Part shown: positions 1 through 9,848 of the stretch, piece by piece | How the letters are laid out: every line of letters begins with the position of its first letter | Numbering within the stretch: position 1 is the stretch's first letter | Notes under the pieces: generated by a model | The model's database searches: none | What the model was told of the DNA's origin: nothing | The model's input: only the letters and a program-made list of their open reading frames with translations | IMG/VR virus record: IMGVR_UViG_3300004094_000049 | Length of the DNA: 64,000 nt | Source: a virus | Strand: one strand, 5' to 3' | Position numbers and translations under genes: made by a program

Positions 1-2
1 TC

Positions 3-263
3 ATCGAGCAAGCTAAAACTCGTGACTTTGCACAGAAGCTTTTTGCTGTTCGTAAGCAGAAGAAAGTGATTTATGGAGTGAACGCCATATTACTATTCAC
101 CCCTCTACGCTTAATGGCCGTTAGTGCTGTGTTCTTTGCTGCTGCGCTATGGATTGGTGATTCTTTTGTTCGTAAGTTACTTGTATCTAGAATGGTTGAG
201 GATGAGTCCATTTTCAACTTAGTGATGGAAGAGAAGGCTATCATAGTCGTACCAGAGGATTAG
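3..263 (+). CDS. C-terminal part of a membrane protein, open at window start
   Basis: Frame of ORF 66..263 is open back to base 3 (IEQAKTRDFAQKLF...); one or two hydrophobic segments. Confidence 0.5.
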   Translation: MEQAKTRDFAQKLFAVRKQKKVIYGVNAILLFTPLRLMAVSAVFFAAALWIGDSFVRKLLVSRMVEDESIFNLVMEEKAIIVVPED

Positions 264-266
264 GCC

Positions 267-776
267 ATGGATTTCGACTACGATAAAAAACGAATTTGTG
301 AGTTGGTTCTGTCTATGCAGGAATATCTTACTCAACGTTCAAGAGTTACTACGATTGCCGAGAGAAGTGAAATTGACCAGCAAATTAGTTCAGTTCGAAG
401 CCTATTGCTAAGCCATAAAGTAGCATACAAAAGAAAAGGTGGCTTAATTTTAACTCACTATGCATCTGTATCTTCTGAGCATCAAGTAACCGAAAGTGAT
501 CTAGTTGGGTTAAACAACTACTTTGCTGCACATGTTGGTTTAGATTCTGCTAAGGCAATTTTCGATGAAGATCCAATGAAGCCATTTAACTTTATGATAT
601 TGGTCGATGAACGAGAAATATCTAAGCTTGTAGAGTTGGATGCAATCAAGGAATTTGTCTCAGCCAGTGATTTTCATGAGTTGGATTTTACTACGACCTA
701 TATTGCCTCGCTGGACACTCTGCAAAAGATGAAAGAGTACTTGGATAATGTTTCTGTAGAAAAAAACATGCTATAA
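267..776 (+). CDS. hypothetical protein
   Basis: 169-aa ORF, GAGG upstream, tightly packed between neighbours. Confidence 0.65.
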   Translation: MDFDYDKKRICELVLSMQEYLTQRSRVTTIAERSEIDQQISSVRSLLLSHKVAYKRKGGLILTHYASVSSEHQVTESDLVGLNNYFAAHVGLDSAKAIFDEDPMKPFNFMILVDEREISKLVELDAIKEFVSASDFHELDFTTTYIASLDTLQKMKEYLDNVSVEKNML

Positions 777-799
777 TATAACAAAAATAATAAGTTGCT

Positions 800-1990
800 A
801 TGTTTGACGTTCAATTTGGTTTTTGTAATAAAGGCTCATATTCAGGGATTGGCAGCAGGCGAATACCTTTATTCTATACAAAGCAGCAAATGAAGTTTGC
901 TGCTGCTATGGTATTTATGGGTGTAAAACTTAGGTCTGGAGCTGCTGACGGCTCAGACACTGCTTTTGAGTTTGGTGCAAAGTTGGCTTATGACTTTCTT
1001 GCCAATTTTCACAATTTACCAAAAGGCGATTATGGCCGAGTAATGGACATCTACCTTCCATGGTCAGGCTTTAACGGTCGAGATAAGGGTAGTGGCTATA
1101 TCGATACCGTTCACCCACAGGCAGAAGCATTTACGAAAAAGTATCACAATTACTGGGAAGGCTTGAAAGTCGGTGCCAAAAAGATGATGAGCCGAAATGC
1201 AATGCAAGTACTCGGAACAGATCTTCAAGAGAAGGCTCGATTTATCATGTGCTATACGCCATGTGGATCAATCACGAATCGTGAAACATCTAGCAAAAGT
1301 GGTGGGACAGGGCAAGCAATACGCATAGGTGATGACCTAAAGATCAATGTTTACAACATTGGTAGGCCAGAGCATTTTTTGAAGGTTGAAAATTGGATTT
1401 CTGAGATTGAAATAAAAATTGAAGAGAAATACGGAGTTAACCTTTCAAGACTAGTCGATATGGGCCTAAGTGCTAGATCGCCTGGAGAAGCGCGAAGTGG
1501 CGACTTAGTGAAAAGCACATTAAATGGTGAGCACGACATCATCATACATGGATGTAATTGCCAGAACACAATGGGTTCAGGATTGGCAAAGCAAATTCGA
1601 ATGGCATTTCCTGAAGCTTACAATGCCGATTTGGCGACTCGTAAAGGCGATAAGAGGAAACTAGGAACTTATAGTTTTGCCAAAGTTCAACGTAACAATC
1701 ACCCAATAACAATTATCAATGCATATACGCAAGATAGGTGGGGTAGGGATGAGCAAAAACTTTACTCTGATTATGAGGCAATTCGAAATGTTATGAAAAG
1801 TATCAATGAAGACTTTCCATCAGGTCGGATTGTTGTTCCCAACCTTGGAGCTGGTTTGGCAAATGGGTGTTGGGCAACTATTGCCAATTCCCTCGATACT
1901 GCATTCAAAGGTAGGCAGTTAACACACATGACTCTGAATAATGAACTTGCCTTGCAAGCTGAACCAAATACACAACAACAACTTTTTTAG
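800..1990 (+). CDS. SLOG (DprA/YpsA-like) domain fused to a macro domain
   Basis: N-term YSGIGSR...LRSGAADGSDTAFE; C-term IIIHGCNCQNTMGSGLAKQI...IINAYTQ...PNLGAGLANG macro motifs. Confidence 0.8.
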   Translation: MFDVQFGFCNKGSYSGIGSRRIPLFYTKQQMKFAAAMVFMGVKLRSGAADGSDTAFEFGAKLAYDFLANFHNLPKGDYGRVMDIYLPWSGFNGRDKGSGYIDTVHPQAEAFTKKYHNYWEGLKVGAKKMMSRNAMQVLGTDLQEKARFIMCYTPCGSITNRETSSKSGGTGQAIRIGDDLKINVYNIGRPEHFLKVENWISEIEIKIEEKYGVNLSRLVDMGLSARSPGEARSGDLVKSTLNGEHDIIIHGCNCQNTMGSGLAKQIRMAFPEAYNADLATRKGDKRKLGTYSFAKVQRNNHPITIINAYTQDRWGRDEQKLYSDYEAIRNVMKSINEDFPSGRIVVPNLGAGLANGCWATIANSLDTAFKGRQLTHMTLNNELALQAEPNTQQQLF

Positions 1991-2009
1991 AACTATTTAA
2001 AGGCTAATA

Positions 2010-2843
2010 ATGAATAACAAGAAAAGTCTCGATCCGATCATAAAATGGGCAGGCGGCAAGCGCTGGATGAAGAATGTAATCAATGAGTTTTATATTCAAA
2101 GCGAGAAAAATATCTTATGTGAACCATTCGCAGGTGGTATTGCATCTTCTCTCCACATTCAGCCAGAACAGGCCCATATCAATGACTTGAATCCACACGT
2201 AATCAATCTATATCGTCAAGTTCAAGCAGGATTTGAGCTTGGTGATGATTTCGATTTTTCACAAAAGGGTTACTTAGAAGCGAGAGAGCGGTTTAACAAG
2301 TTAGCACTTTCTGGAGAATATGAAACTCAGGAAGCAGCAAGACTTTTCTATTATCTGAATAAAACCTGTTACAACGGCTTATGTCGTTTCAACAAGAAAG
2401 GTGGATTTAATGTACCTTTTGGACATTACGATTCAGTTAACTTACTTAAGAACTTTGATGACTACCAAGCCCTATTTTCCAAATGGAAAATAACACATGG
2501 TTCGTACAAGGACATGAATGTTTCGAAGAACGCATTTGCTGTCATCGATAGTCCTTACGATGAAGTTTTTAGCTCTTACACCATGGAAGGATTCAAAAAA
2601 CAAGATCAAGTTGAAACCGTTGAATGGGCTGATGATCTCGGCATTCCAATGCTTTTAACTAACAACCCAACAGATTTTATGATGGAACTCCTAACACGAC
2701 ATGGTTTTGATTACAAAATCCTCAGTTCGAGAAGAACCATCGCGGCTGACGGTAATAAACGTCATAAAGCATTAGAAGTGATTGCTTGGAAAAATATGGA
2801 AGCACCAGAAGCATTTGCTAAGGGTGAGATGAGTTTAAGCTAA
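2010..2843 (+). CDS. dam: Dam-like D12-class N6-adenine DNA methyltransferase
   Basis: KWAGGKRW, EPFAGG, YLNKTCYNGLCRFNKKGGFNVPFG; motif IV reads DSPY. Confidence 0.85.
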   Translation: MNNKKSLDPIIKWAGGKRWMKNVINEFYIQSEKNILCEPFAGGIASSLHIQPEQAHINDLNPHVINLYRQVQAGFELGDDFDFSQKGYLEARERFNKLALSGEYETQEAARLFYYLNKTCYNGLCRFNKKGGFNVPFGHYDSVNLLKNFDDYQALFSKWKITHGSYKDMNVSKNAFAVIDSPYDEVFSSYTMEGFKKQDQVETVEWADDLGIPMLLTNNPTDFMMELLTRHGFDYKILSSRRTIAADGNKRHKALEVIAWKNMEAPEAFAKGEMSLS

Positions 2844-2850
2844 GGTTTTC

Positions 2851-2872
2851 AGGCACCATGGTCATGGTGCCT
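2851..2872. terminator. hairpin between convergent genes
   Basis: AGGCACCATG-GT-CATGGTGCCT perfect 10-bp inverted repeat. Confidence 0.55.
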
Positions 2873-2876
2873 TATG

Positions 2877-3590
2877 CTAACTAAACATAGCCCTTGGATA
2901 GAAGTAACCATTAAAGTCTGGGTTTAACTTGTATAGCATTGAGGGACGTTGTTTCTTACTAGGAGAACTTTTCTTACCTGTATCAACAAGTAAATCGGCT
3001 TTCTTGATTTTTGTCCTAAAAGTCTTTTCATTAATTGACTGGCCCATAAGTTTTTCAGTTAACAATTGAAACTCTGGGATCGTGAATTCATCATCAAGAA
3101 GACTTAATGCTACAGGTGAGTAATCTGCTTTTGACTTGATTCTTTCATAAGCACAGTTCAGAACTTCTTTATGGTTAAATGAAAACTCATCCTCAGGTAG
3201 CTCTAATAGAGATTCAATAGAGAGCCACTTCCCGTTAGAGTCTTCATCAAGAATGTACTCAGAGGGCTTTAGAAGCGCAAAGAAAGCTACGTTTACTGTC
3301 ATGATGCGGTTAGGGTCAATGTAGATACCAGAAAAGGTTTGAAGTTGTTCAAAATGACCAATTTGTGCTTGTGTCTTTTCGTCAAGAGCAAAGATAGCTG
3401 CTTCTTCAACATTCTTGTGCAATTTTCTGTCTACAAATCCATTTGGAAAGGCAAGGCAAGAAGGGAACTCTTCTGCATCATCAGGGCGGACATAGGTAAG
3501 CACCTTCATCTTGCCCTCATTGTAGATCACTGGGATAACAGTAACACCACAGTTAGGTCGGGAATCATTGAATTTATCTGGGTCGTACAT
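2877..3590 (-). CDS. nrtR: NrtR-family regulator (degenerate Nudix domain plus winged HTH)
   Basis: Nudix fold (LAFPNGFVD, FEQLQTFSGIYIDP, VNVAFFALL) without the catalytic REUXEE; C-term FTIPEFQ...TFRTKI...RPSMLY wHTH. Confidence 0.85.
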   Translation of the reverse strand: MYDPDKFNDSRPNCGVTVIPVIYNEGKMKVLTYVRPDDAEEFPSCLAFPNGFVDRKLHKNVEEAAIFALDEKTQAQIGHFEQLQTFSGIYIDPNRIMTVNVAFFALLKPSEYILDEDSNGKWLSIESLLELPEDEFSFNHKEVLNCAYERIKSKADYSPVALSLLDDEFTIPEFQLLTEKLMGQSINEKTFRTKIKKADLLVDTGKKSSPSKKQRPSMLYKLNPDFNGYFYPRAMFS

Positions 3591-3611
3591 AATAAGCTCT
3601 CCTTTGACTTA

Positions 3612-3651
3612 ATCATACGAGCCACACAACTAAATGTCAATGTTACATTAA
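3612..3651 (-). promoter_or_regulatory. sigma70 promoter of nrtR overlapped by an NrtR box
   Basis: Minus strand TTGACA(3640-3635)-17 bp-TATGAT(3617-3612), AGGAG RBS; 21-bp palindrome TAAATGTCAATGTTACATTAA at 3631-3651 with GT-N7-AC core. Confidence 0.8.
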
Positions 3652-3660
3652 GTAAGAAGA

Positions 3661-3987
3661 ATGAAAAAATACACTAACTTAAAATTTAACTATGAAGTTC
3701 GCCGCCACGATACGTATGGACTTGTCGTTATCGATAAGAGCATTGGTGTTAATAACACCAAGCGAATAGCAAAATACGTGATGTATAGCGTCACTGATAA
3801 GATGCCGTTTATGGCCGAAAAATCCTCTATTAGTGATTTTAAGCTTGTAGAATGCAAAATCACTCACAACACTGTGCTGAAGAAGTTCTTTAGTGAAATG
3901 GATAGTTTGATATTTTACAGCGTTGCTTTATTGAAGAATGAGTCAGAAGAAAATGAGGCAAGATTGTTATCACGCCTCAGCTTTTAG
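3661..3987 (+). CDS. hypothetical protein
   Basis: 108-aa ORF divergent from nrtR, starting just after the NrtR box. Confidence 0.5.
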   Translation: MKKYTNLKFNYEVRRHDTYGLVVIDKSIGVNNTKRIAKYVMYSVTDKMPFMAEKSSISDFKLVECKITHNTVLKKFFSEMDSLIFYSVALLKNESEENEARLLSRLSF

Positions 3988-4889
3988 CGTACCTGATAAA
4001 AACCACTTTCTACATAAATTTCATCAGCATATTGGAAAGCATCATTCATGAATGCTTTTGACATGTGCTTTGAACATCTTTGGTACATACGCTGACTAAT
4101 GACATCGACTTTACTCATGTCATTTTTGTAATGATATTTGTCTCTGAATGCCATCAAGCCAAGATTCTTCATGCATACATTATAGGTTGGAATGTCCTCG
4201 CGGAAGCTCCTGGATAGCTCCATATTTATAGAGCTTAAATCTCCAGACTCAAACAGTGGCTTTAGAATGCTCCACTTATCGATCTTGGTAGGTACTTTAC
4301 CTAAGTTTATGATCTCAAAATGTAGCTTTGCTACCCTGGTGTTCTTAGGGTTTTCTTCACTCGCTTTTTTTAAAAGAGGATAATATTTTTTGTAAATATC
4401 TGAACTATCCTCATTACCTTTTTCTAATTCCTTTTCGAGAAGAATTATTGCATATCTCTCAAAACCTGCATCTGCACCTATAACTTCTAATCTTTCAGAA
4501 AGTCTTTTACTGTACAGTGGGTTATCTTTTTTTGAGAACTTATTGTAAGCATAATTTATAAGGGTAAAGTTATCTTGTTGTGCATAGTGAAAAAGTAATT
4601 CTTGGGCTTTATCGATATTGTAGAACCTTGAAGATTCACTTTTATGAATCATGACCAGCTTTTGAATCGAATCTATGTGGCCTTTACCTGCTGAGAACTC
4701 TAACAAGCTTAAGATTTCATAATCATCGATCCTTGCTTTACTTCCACTCTCTAGAGCATTAACAGCCGCTACATAAGCTTCCTCTTCTATCGAGGAATGC
4801 TCTAATGCTCTTGCTGGTAACGAAGTTAAAAGGGCAAGGGTTGCACCTAAACATAAGGTACTGATTGTTTGCTTTATTGTTGTTTTCAT
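3984..4889 (-). CDS. secreted helical-repeat (possibly Sel1-like) protein
   Basis: Signal peptide ending LPARA; SAGKGHIDSIQKL resembles a Sel1 repeat. Confidence 0.6.
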   Translation of the reverse strand: MKTTIKQTISTLCLGATLALLTSLPARALEHSSIEEEAYVAAVNALESGSKARIDDYEILSLLEFSAGKGHIDSIQKLVMIHKSESSRFYNIDKAQELLFHYAQQDNFTLINYAYNKFSKKDNPLYSKRLSERLEVIGADAGFERYAIILLEKELEKGNEDSSDIYKKYYPLLKKASEENPKNTRVAKLHFEIINLGKVPTKIDKWSILKPLFESGDLSSINMELSRSFREDIPTYNVCMKNLGLMAFRDKYHYKNDMSKVDVISQRMYQRCSKHMSKAFMNDAFQYADEIYVESGFYQVR

Positions 4890-4895
4890 AATATC

Positions 4896-4921
4896 AAAAA
4901 AGGCAATCTAACGACTGCCTT
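4896..4921 (-). terminator. intrinsic terminator after dksA
   Basis: AAGGCA/TGCCTT stem with A-run giving a U-tract on the minus strand. Confidence 0.45.
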
Positions 4922-4942
4922 TATTATTGCACATTTAAATGC

Positions 4943-5302
4943 TTATCTAACCTTTTTCTCTTCAATAGTTTTACAGTCAACACACATAGTAAATGCAGGG
5001 TTGTAAACTAAACGTTCGTATCCGATTTCTTCACCACACTCATGGCAGTAACCAAAATCTTCGAAGTTTTTAAGGGCAAATGCAATTTCTTCAAGAGTTT
5101 TATCGTCTTTGCGCTCTAAGGCCATTCGGCCATCTTCCTGTTCCTGCTGCGTTGCACGATCAACAGGGTCTGGGGCTTTCATGCCTTCCATTGAAATGTC
5201 TTGAGACGCTAAGCGTCTTGCGTTAATAATGCCATCACGCTTTTCAATTAGCTTTAAGCGAAATGACTCAATTTGTTCATCTGTGAGGTAATGATCTAGC
5301 AT
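4943..5302 (-). CDS. dksA: DksA/TraR-family RNA polymerase-binding factor
   Basis: Coiled-coil tip PDPVDRA (DxxDxA) and C4 zinc finger CHEC...CVDC. Confidence 0.9.
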   Translation of the reverse strand: MLDHYLTDEQIESFRLKLIEKRDGIINARRLASQDISMEGMKAPDPVDRATQQEQEDGRMALERKDDKTLEEIAFALKNFEDFGYCHECGEEIGYERLVYNPAFTMCVDCKTIEEKKVR

Positions 5303-5347
5303 TTTGTTTCCTAAATTCGGCTTATTAATATTATTAATTAGGGATAT

Positions 5348-5376
5348 ATTTTACAGCTTATAATGCAGTTCGTCAA
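5348..5376 (-). promoter_or_regulatory. sigma70 promoter of dksA
   Basis: TTGACG-17 bp-TAAAAT on minus strand, flanked by inverted repeat TTAGGGAT (5338-5345) / ATCCCTAA (5377-5384). Confidence 0.6.
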
Positions 5377-5495
5377 ATCCCTAACTCACAATATTAAAGT
5401 CTGAATTAGAGCTTTTATGAATTCCGCGCAAATAATACTTTTGAAATGGGTTTAGTCAAGTCCCGTATGAGCTACTTGTAGCTTTTTTGGACAAA

Positions 5496-7568
5496 TTAAG
5501 CGATAAGTCGCTGCTTTTGCTCTTTGTAAGTTTTATAAAGTTTCTGATTTTCATATCTTTCAGGCTTGCTCATCCATTCTTTTACTTTAAATAAATCCAT
5601 ATCATATACGAACTCACTAGCTGTAGAAGGAAGAAGTGTATTTTTGTTTGGCATACTTCCAGTTGAAAGGTAGTTGATGATCTGTCTTTCCTTAGGGACT
5701 ACAACAAACGCTTTCTTCATTGCACGGGTGATAGCCACATAAAGTAACCGACGCTCCGACTCAATATCAGGGGCCGTATTTCCACCCTCGTAAGGCCACA
5801 GTCCAACTTCTACACCTGGAACTAAAACATAATCCCACTCAAGGCCCTTCGCCTTATGAACACTCGTAATTGTCACAGCTTCAAGTTTAGATTGAGCCTT
5901 AGACTGATCCATAAGTTCATAAAACAAGTCGAGCATAGCCTGAGGCTTACCATTATTTAACTTCATAAAGCTCATAATGGCTTTGATTCTTTCAAGGATC
6001 TCTGACATTTCAAGTTCTGTTAAAGCAGAATATTTTAAGCCATCTTTTAGGTCTGTTTCACGCTCATAGTAACTTAGGAGTTCCCACCCATTCATTTTGA
6101 AGTTGTCGCTTTTCATTTGCTGACGTTCAATCAACACCATCGTGTCACTTCGTTCTTTAAGCTTCTTTTTAACGAAAGGGTGGATCTTTGCATTATCTGC
6201 AATATGGAGCAGACATTCTGACATCAAGCAATTTTCTTTCTCAGCATATGATAAACCCATTTCCATTGCTTCTGCTGTAATGCCTGCATGGGGATACTTC
6301 AATAAAGATTCGTAAACAGCTCTCTTTTCTGGCGCAGATGCTTCATTAACTTCACCAGTTGCAATTCGAAGTAAGTTCCTCATCGCCTTGAACTCCGTTG
6401 TGTTAAAACAACTTCTTCCTGGCTCCATCCTTACTGGTATGTTGTTTTGAAGCAGTGCTAACTCTACAGGGATTGCTACAGAGTAAAGTCGAACAAGTAT
6501 GGCAACATCAGTTAACTTAACTTTGTTGAGCTTTAACTCTTCTATGATCTCAAAAACACCTTGCCCCGAATTATTTAACGATAGCTTTAAATCTAAGCTT
6601 GTAGGGGCGTTGTTAGGGTTAGATACGCATAGTGTGTCGTAGCGATTTTTATTCTCTGTAATAAGATTATTTGCTGACATTGCAAGCTCGTCACCATAAC
6701 GAAAAGTCTGATTTAATGTGTAAAATTTGGGGTCTGGGAAACTTTTCTGAAACTGATGCATCATCAGCTCAGGATCTGCACCACGGAAAGTGTAAATTGA
6801 TTGGTCAATGTCACCACAAGCAATAACATTGGCAGTACTTCCCGCAATGATTTCTAGCAATTCATATTGCATTGGATCGCTGTCTTGGAATTCGTCACAA
6901 ATGATGTACGCTTTTTTGTTGCCAAGCCATTCCCTGAGTGATGGGTTTGCTTTAATTGCCATAAGTGGATCATGAATCAGATCTGTGAAAAAGCGCACTT
7001 TCTCACGCTTTCTTTCTTCTTCATAAAGGTCATACCCTTTAATAAAGAAATCTAGTTCCTTATCTATCCCCATTACTTCAAATACTTCCGAAGGGGGGAG
7101 CATCATTGATTTAGTCATTTCTATAAATGAAATGAAAGTATCAACAATTTTAGAGCTTTTGTTTTGTAGCTCTTTGAACTGCTCATTTGTTGTTAGCTTA
7201 CGAACAACATTCATACCAATGATTTCTTGACGCTTACCGTTAGTTTCAAGTTTGAAATCAGGTAGAAAACCACGCTGAACCATCGCGTTTGTAATGCTAT
7301 ATCCTAAAGAATGATAAGTTTTAACATCAGGTACAGCCGTCACATGAGGCATATCCCTTGTAAGAGAAGCTAATTTGTCCGCAAAATGTTCGCTGGCATC
7401 TTTGTTAAACATCAAAACCAAAATGTGTTTTGGGTTAACGAAATCATCTAGCAAAGCCGTTACGAACTTCGCTAGTGTTGTTGTTTTGCCGCCACCTGGA
7501 CAAGCACCTATCAAAGCATGACCGTTACGGTGAAGGATAACTGAATGCTGATCTTTAGAATATTTCAT
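5496..7568 (-). CDS. UvrD/Rep/PcrA-family SF1 helicase
   Basis: ACPGGGKTT Walker A, CDEFQD Walker B, GDIDQSIYTFRGA, LNQTFRY, TSVHKAKGLEW, ERRLLYVAITRA. Confidence 0.92.
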   Translation of the reverse strand: MKYSKDQHSVILHRNGHALIGACPGGGKTTTLAKFVTALLDDFVNPKHILVLMFNKDASEHFADKLASLTRDMPHVTAVPDVKTYHSLGYSITNAMVQRGFLPDFKLETNGKRQEIIGMNVVRKLTTNEQFKELQNKSSKIVDTFISFIEMTKSMMLPPSEVFEVMGIDKELDFFIKGYDLYEEERKREKVRFFTDLIHDPLMAIKANPSLREWLGNKKAYIICDEFQDSDPMQYELLEIIAGSTANVIACGDIDQSIYTFRGADPELMMHQFQKSFPDPKFYTLNQTFRYGDELAMSANNLITENKNRYDTLCVSNPNNAPTSLDLKLSLNNSGQGVFEIIEELKLNKVKLTDVAILVRLYSVAIPVELALLQNNIPVRMEPGRSCFNTTEFKAMRNLLRIATGEVNEASAPEKRAVYESLLKYPHAGITAEAMEMGLSYAEKENCLMSECLLHIADNAKIHPFVKKKLKERSDTMVLIERQQMKSDNFKMNGWELLSYYERETDLKDGLKYSALTELEMSEILERIKAIMSFMKLNNGKPQAMLDLFYELMDQSKAQSKLEAVTITSVHKAKGLEWDYVLVPGVEVGLWPYEGGNTAPDIESERRLLYVAITRAMKKAFVVVPKERQIINYLSTGSMPNKNTLLPSTASEFVYDMDLFKVKEWMSKPERYENQKLYKTYKEQKQRLIA

Positions 7569-7670
7569 TATTATACCTTTAATTAACTATACTAAATTTA
7601 GCAAATTTTTACCGCTCTTGCCAATGAATATTTTTTATATTATATTATCTCAAAAATAAGGATAAGAAAT

Positions 7671-8411
7671 ATGGAAAATATCATTGTAGAGCATTACGCA
7701 GGCTCTAAGATGTACGGAACAATGCATGAAGGTTCTGACGAAGATGTTCGTGGTGTATTTGTTGTGCCTGAGTACATTACTAATACCCCATTTTATTCGA
7801 GAGATGAATTCGAAGTATTCAATGACGGAAGTCATGAAGACCGTCAGCTCTGGGAACTAACCAAGTTTGTTCGAGAAGTTGCTGGCTGCTCACCTTCATA
7901 CATTGAGTCATTGTTCGTACCAAGTTCACAGGTCATCAAGTCAAGTAATACGTATAGCTACTTGAAGTCTGTCAGTGATAATTTTATTACACTTGGGCTG
8001 GCAAAGGGCTATCTTGGCTTTGCCGAAAGTCAATTTGAACAAGTCTTAAAGAGTTTCAAAACCAAAAGCTCTCCTAATGCCAAGAGAGCAGCTTTAATCG
8101 AAATGCATGGTTACGATACTAAAAACGCTATGCATGCCCTTAGAGCCGTTCGTATGGCTCAAGAAATCGCTCTAACTGGCAAGGTAAATGTTTTTAGGCC
8201 AGACGCAGATGAGTTAAGAAAAGTTCATGTGGATGGGTACTATTCATACGACACATTTTGTTCAATTTTCTTTGAACTTGTTGCTAAAACAACCAAAGCA
8301 ATATCTGAAAATCATCTTAGTCTTCCAGATAAGATCGAGCGTGATGTTGCGGCAAAAATTCTTCTACGCGCTCAGAAGAGAGCGTATGGTGAATTTCAAT
8401 TTTTTGTGTAA
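7671..8411 (+). CDS. nucleotidyltransferase (RlaP/DNA pol beta-like superfamily)
   Basis: GSKMYG...SDEDVRGVF; YDTKNAMHALR typical of this phage/plasmid family. Confidence 0.8.
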   Translation: MENIIVEHYAGSKMYGTMHEGSDEDVRGVFVVPEYITNTPFYSRDEFEVFNDGSHEDRQLWELTKFVREVAGCSPSYIESLFVPSSQVIKSSNTYSYLKSVSDNFITLGLAKGYLGFAESQFEQVLKSFKTKSSPNAKRAALIEMHGYDTKNAMHALRAVRMAQEIALTGKVNVFRPDADELRKVHVDGYYSYDTFCSIFFELVAKTTKAISENHLSLPDKIERDVAAKILLRAQKRAYGEFQFFV

Positions 8412-8437
8412 TTCGTTAAACATAGAATGAGGTAATA

Positions 8438-9505
8438 ATGAGTAATAATAACGAAAACCACCCAATCAAAAACGAAGAGACGGCAAACGGCACATCGTCT
8501 AATTCACCTGATGGCCTGACAGAAGGTGGGGCTTCGATGGGTCAGAAAGAGCCTGAAAACCCAACACAAATGAATAGCGTGTTAAGTGAATCGGTAACAT
8601 CGTCTGAAGAATCAGAACAGCCAAACACCAAGGGCAAAGGCAAGGGCAAGGGTAAGGGCAAAAAGAAAATGAATATTTTTGCTTATTGGCTACTTTCCAT
8701 TTCAACCTTTGGAGTTTGGTCTAGGTTTCGTCCACGCAAGGGGGGCTGGAGTGGCTCGTGGTTTGTATCAGTATGGATGCTGTCTTTGCTTTGCGCATTC
8801 TTAATCGGAGAGCGCTTCTACAAAGAAGAAATTAATCAGTTAGCCAAGGAGCAGCTTCAAACAAATGTAGATTTAATCCCAGAAGTTTTGCCATTTGAAA
8901 ATCGTGTTGGAGACTTTATATCGAAAGAAGAGATGAAAACACTCAAAGAAAGTTTAGCTATCAAAGACAGGGAGCTTCAAACTATCAAAGGTGAAATTTC
9001 ATTAAAAGACATCGAAATCAAGAAATTAAAGTCGCAATCTCTAGGTTATCAAGAAGAGATCGGTGCTCTTGAGAAAGAGGTTGATTCAATCTCAGTCCCA
9101 GAGATTCAATACATTGAGGCAGAGACTGAAATTATTGAGGTTCCAATTGAAGTTGCACCAAAGATCAATCACTCGACATTTGATATCGCAGATGCTGAAG
9201 TAGGTTGTAAAACATCATATAGCACTGAGCGTAGTAACGATCTATTTGAACAATCATATAATGGCAAGTGGGTTAACTGGACTGGTGTTGTTGTTGAAGT
9301 CAATAATGAATATGTTGTTCTTGAAAATTCTGTAAACAAAGACACTAAAGTTGAAGTTCAATTTTCAGAAAAAGGTGCAGGGTACTACATGCTTAAAGAC
9401 TCGGAAGTATCCATGACTTTCAAGTTAAACTCTCAAGGTACTTGTGAAATGCCATTTAAAGGGTCACAAGGTGTTGAGTACAAAACTCCAGAAGCAAAAC
9501 TATAA
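8438..9505 (+). CDS. membrane protein with low-complexity N-terminus, coiled coil and possible OB-fold C-terminus
   Basis: (GK)n run, hydrophobic segments, coiled coil, C-term YNGKWVNWTGVV. Confidence 0.6.
   Translation: MSNNNENHPIKNEETANGTSSNSPDGLTEGGASMGQKEPENPTQMNSVLSESVTSSEESEQPNTKGKGKGKGKGKKKMNIFAYWLLSISTFGVWSRFRPRKGGWSGSWFVSVWMLSLLCAFLIGERFYKEEINQLAKEQLQTNVDLIPEVLPFENRVGDFISKEEMKTLKESLAIKDRELQTIKGEISLKDIEIKKLKSQSLGYQEEIGALEKEVDSISVPEIQYIEAETEIIEVPIEVAPKINHSTFDIADAEVGCKTSYSTERSNDLFEQSYNGKWVNWTGVVVEVNNEYVVLENSVNKDTKVEVQFSEKGAGYYMLKDSEVSMTFKLNSQGTCEMPFKGSQGVEYKTPEAKL
8629..8662 (+). repeat. degenerate hexamer tandem repeat encoding GKGKGKGKGK
   Basis: AAGGGC AAAGGC AAGGGC AAGGGT AAGGGC. 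Confidence 0.7.
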
Positions 9506-9533
9506 ACTGTAGGCCCCATTAGTTTGGGGCCAA

Positions 9534-9848
9534 ATGCCAATGACTTTTTTAGAATTTCTTCCACTATTAATTTGTGTTGTACTTGTTATAGTATTATTAA
9601 TCATTTTTGCGTGTAAAGCTCCAGATACCAAAGAAGGTATCGAAGACCTACGCAAGTGGTTCTGGAGCAGCCCTGTAAGGTACTTCTTCATTCCTTTTCT
9701 CTTTGTTATATCAATTGTATCTGGCACAGCAGTTCCCATTGCTGGCCCAGACATGCCAGAAGGGAGAAGGCTCAGGCCAACTGAGGTTGTAATAATCAGT
9801 ACAATAAGCGCGTTCTACCTAGCAACTATCGTTTACTTTTCTCTTTAA
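9534..9848 (+). CDS. small membrane protein
   Basis: 104 aa with three hydrophobic segments. Confidence 0.5.
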   Translation: MPMTFLEFLPLLICVVLVIVLLIIFACKAPDTKEGIEDLRKWFWSSPVRYFFIPFLFVISIVSGTAVPIAGPDMPEGRRLRPTEVVIISTISAFYLATIVYFSL

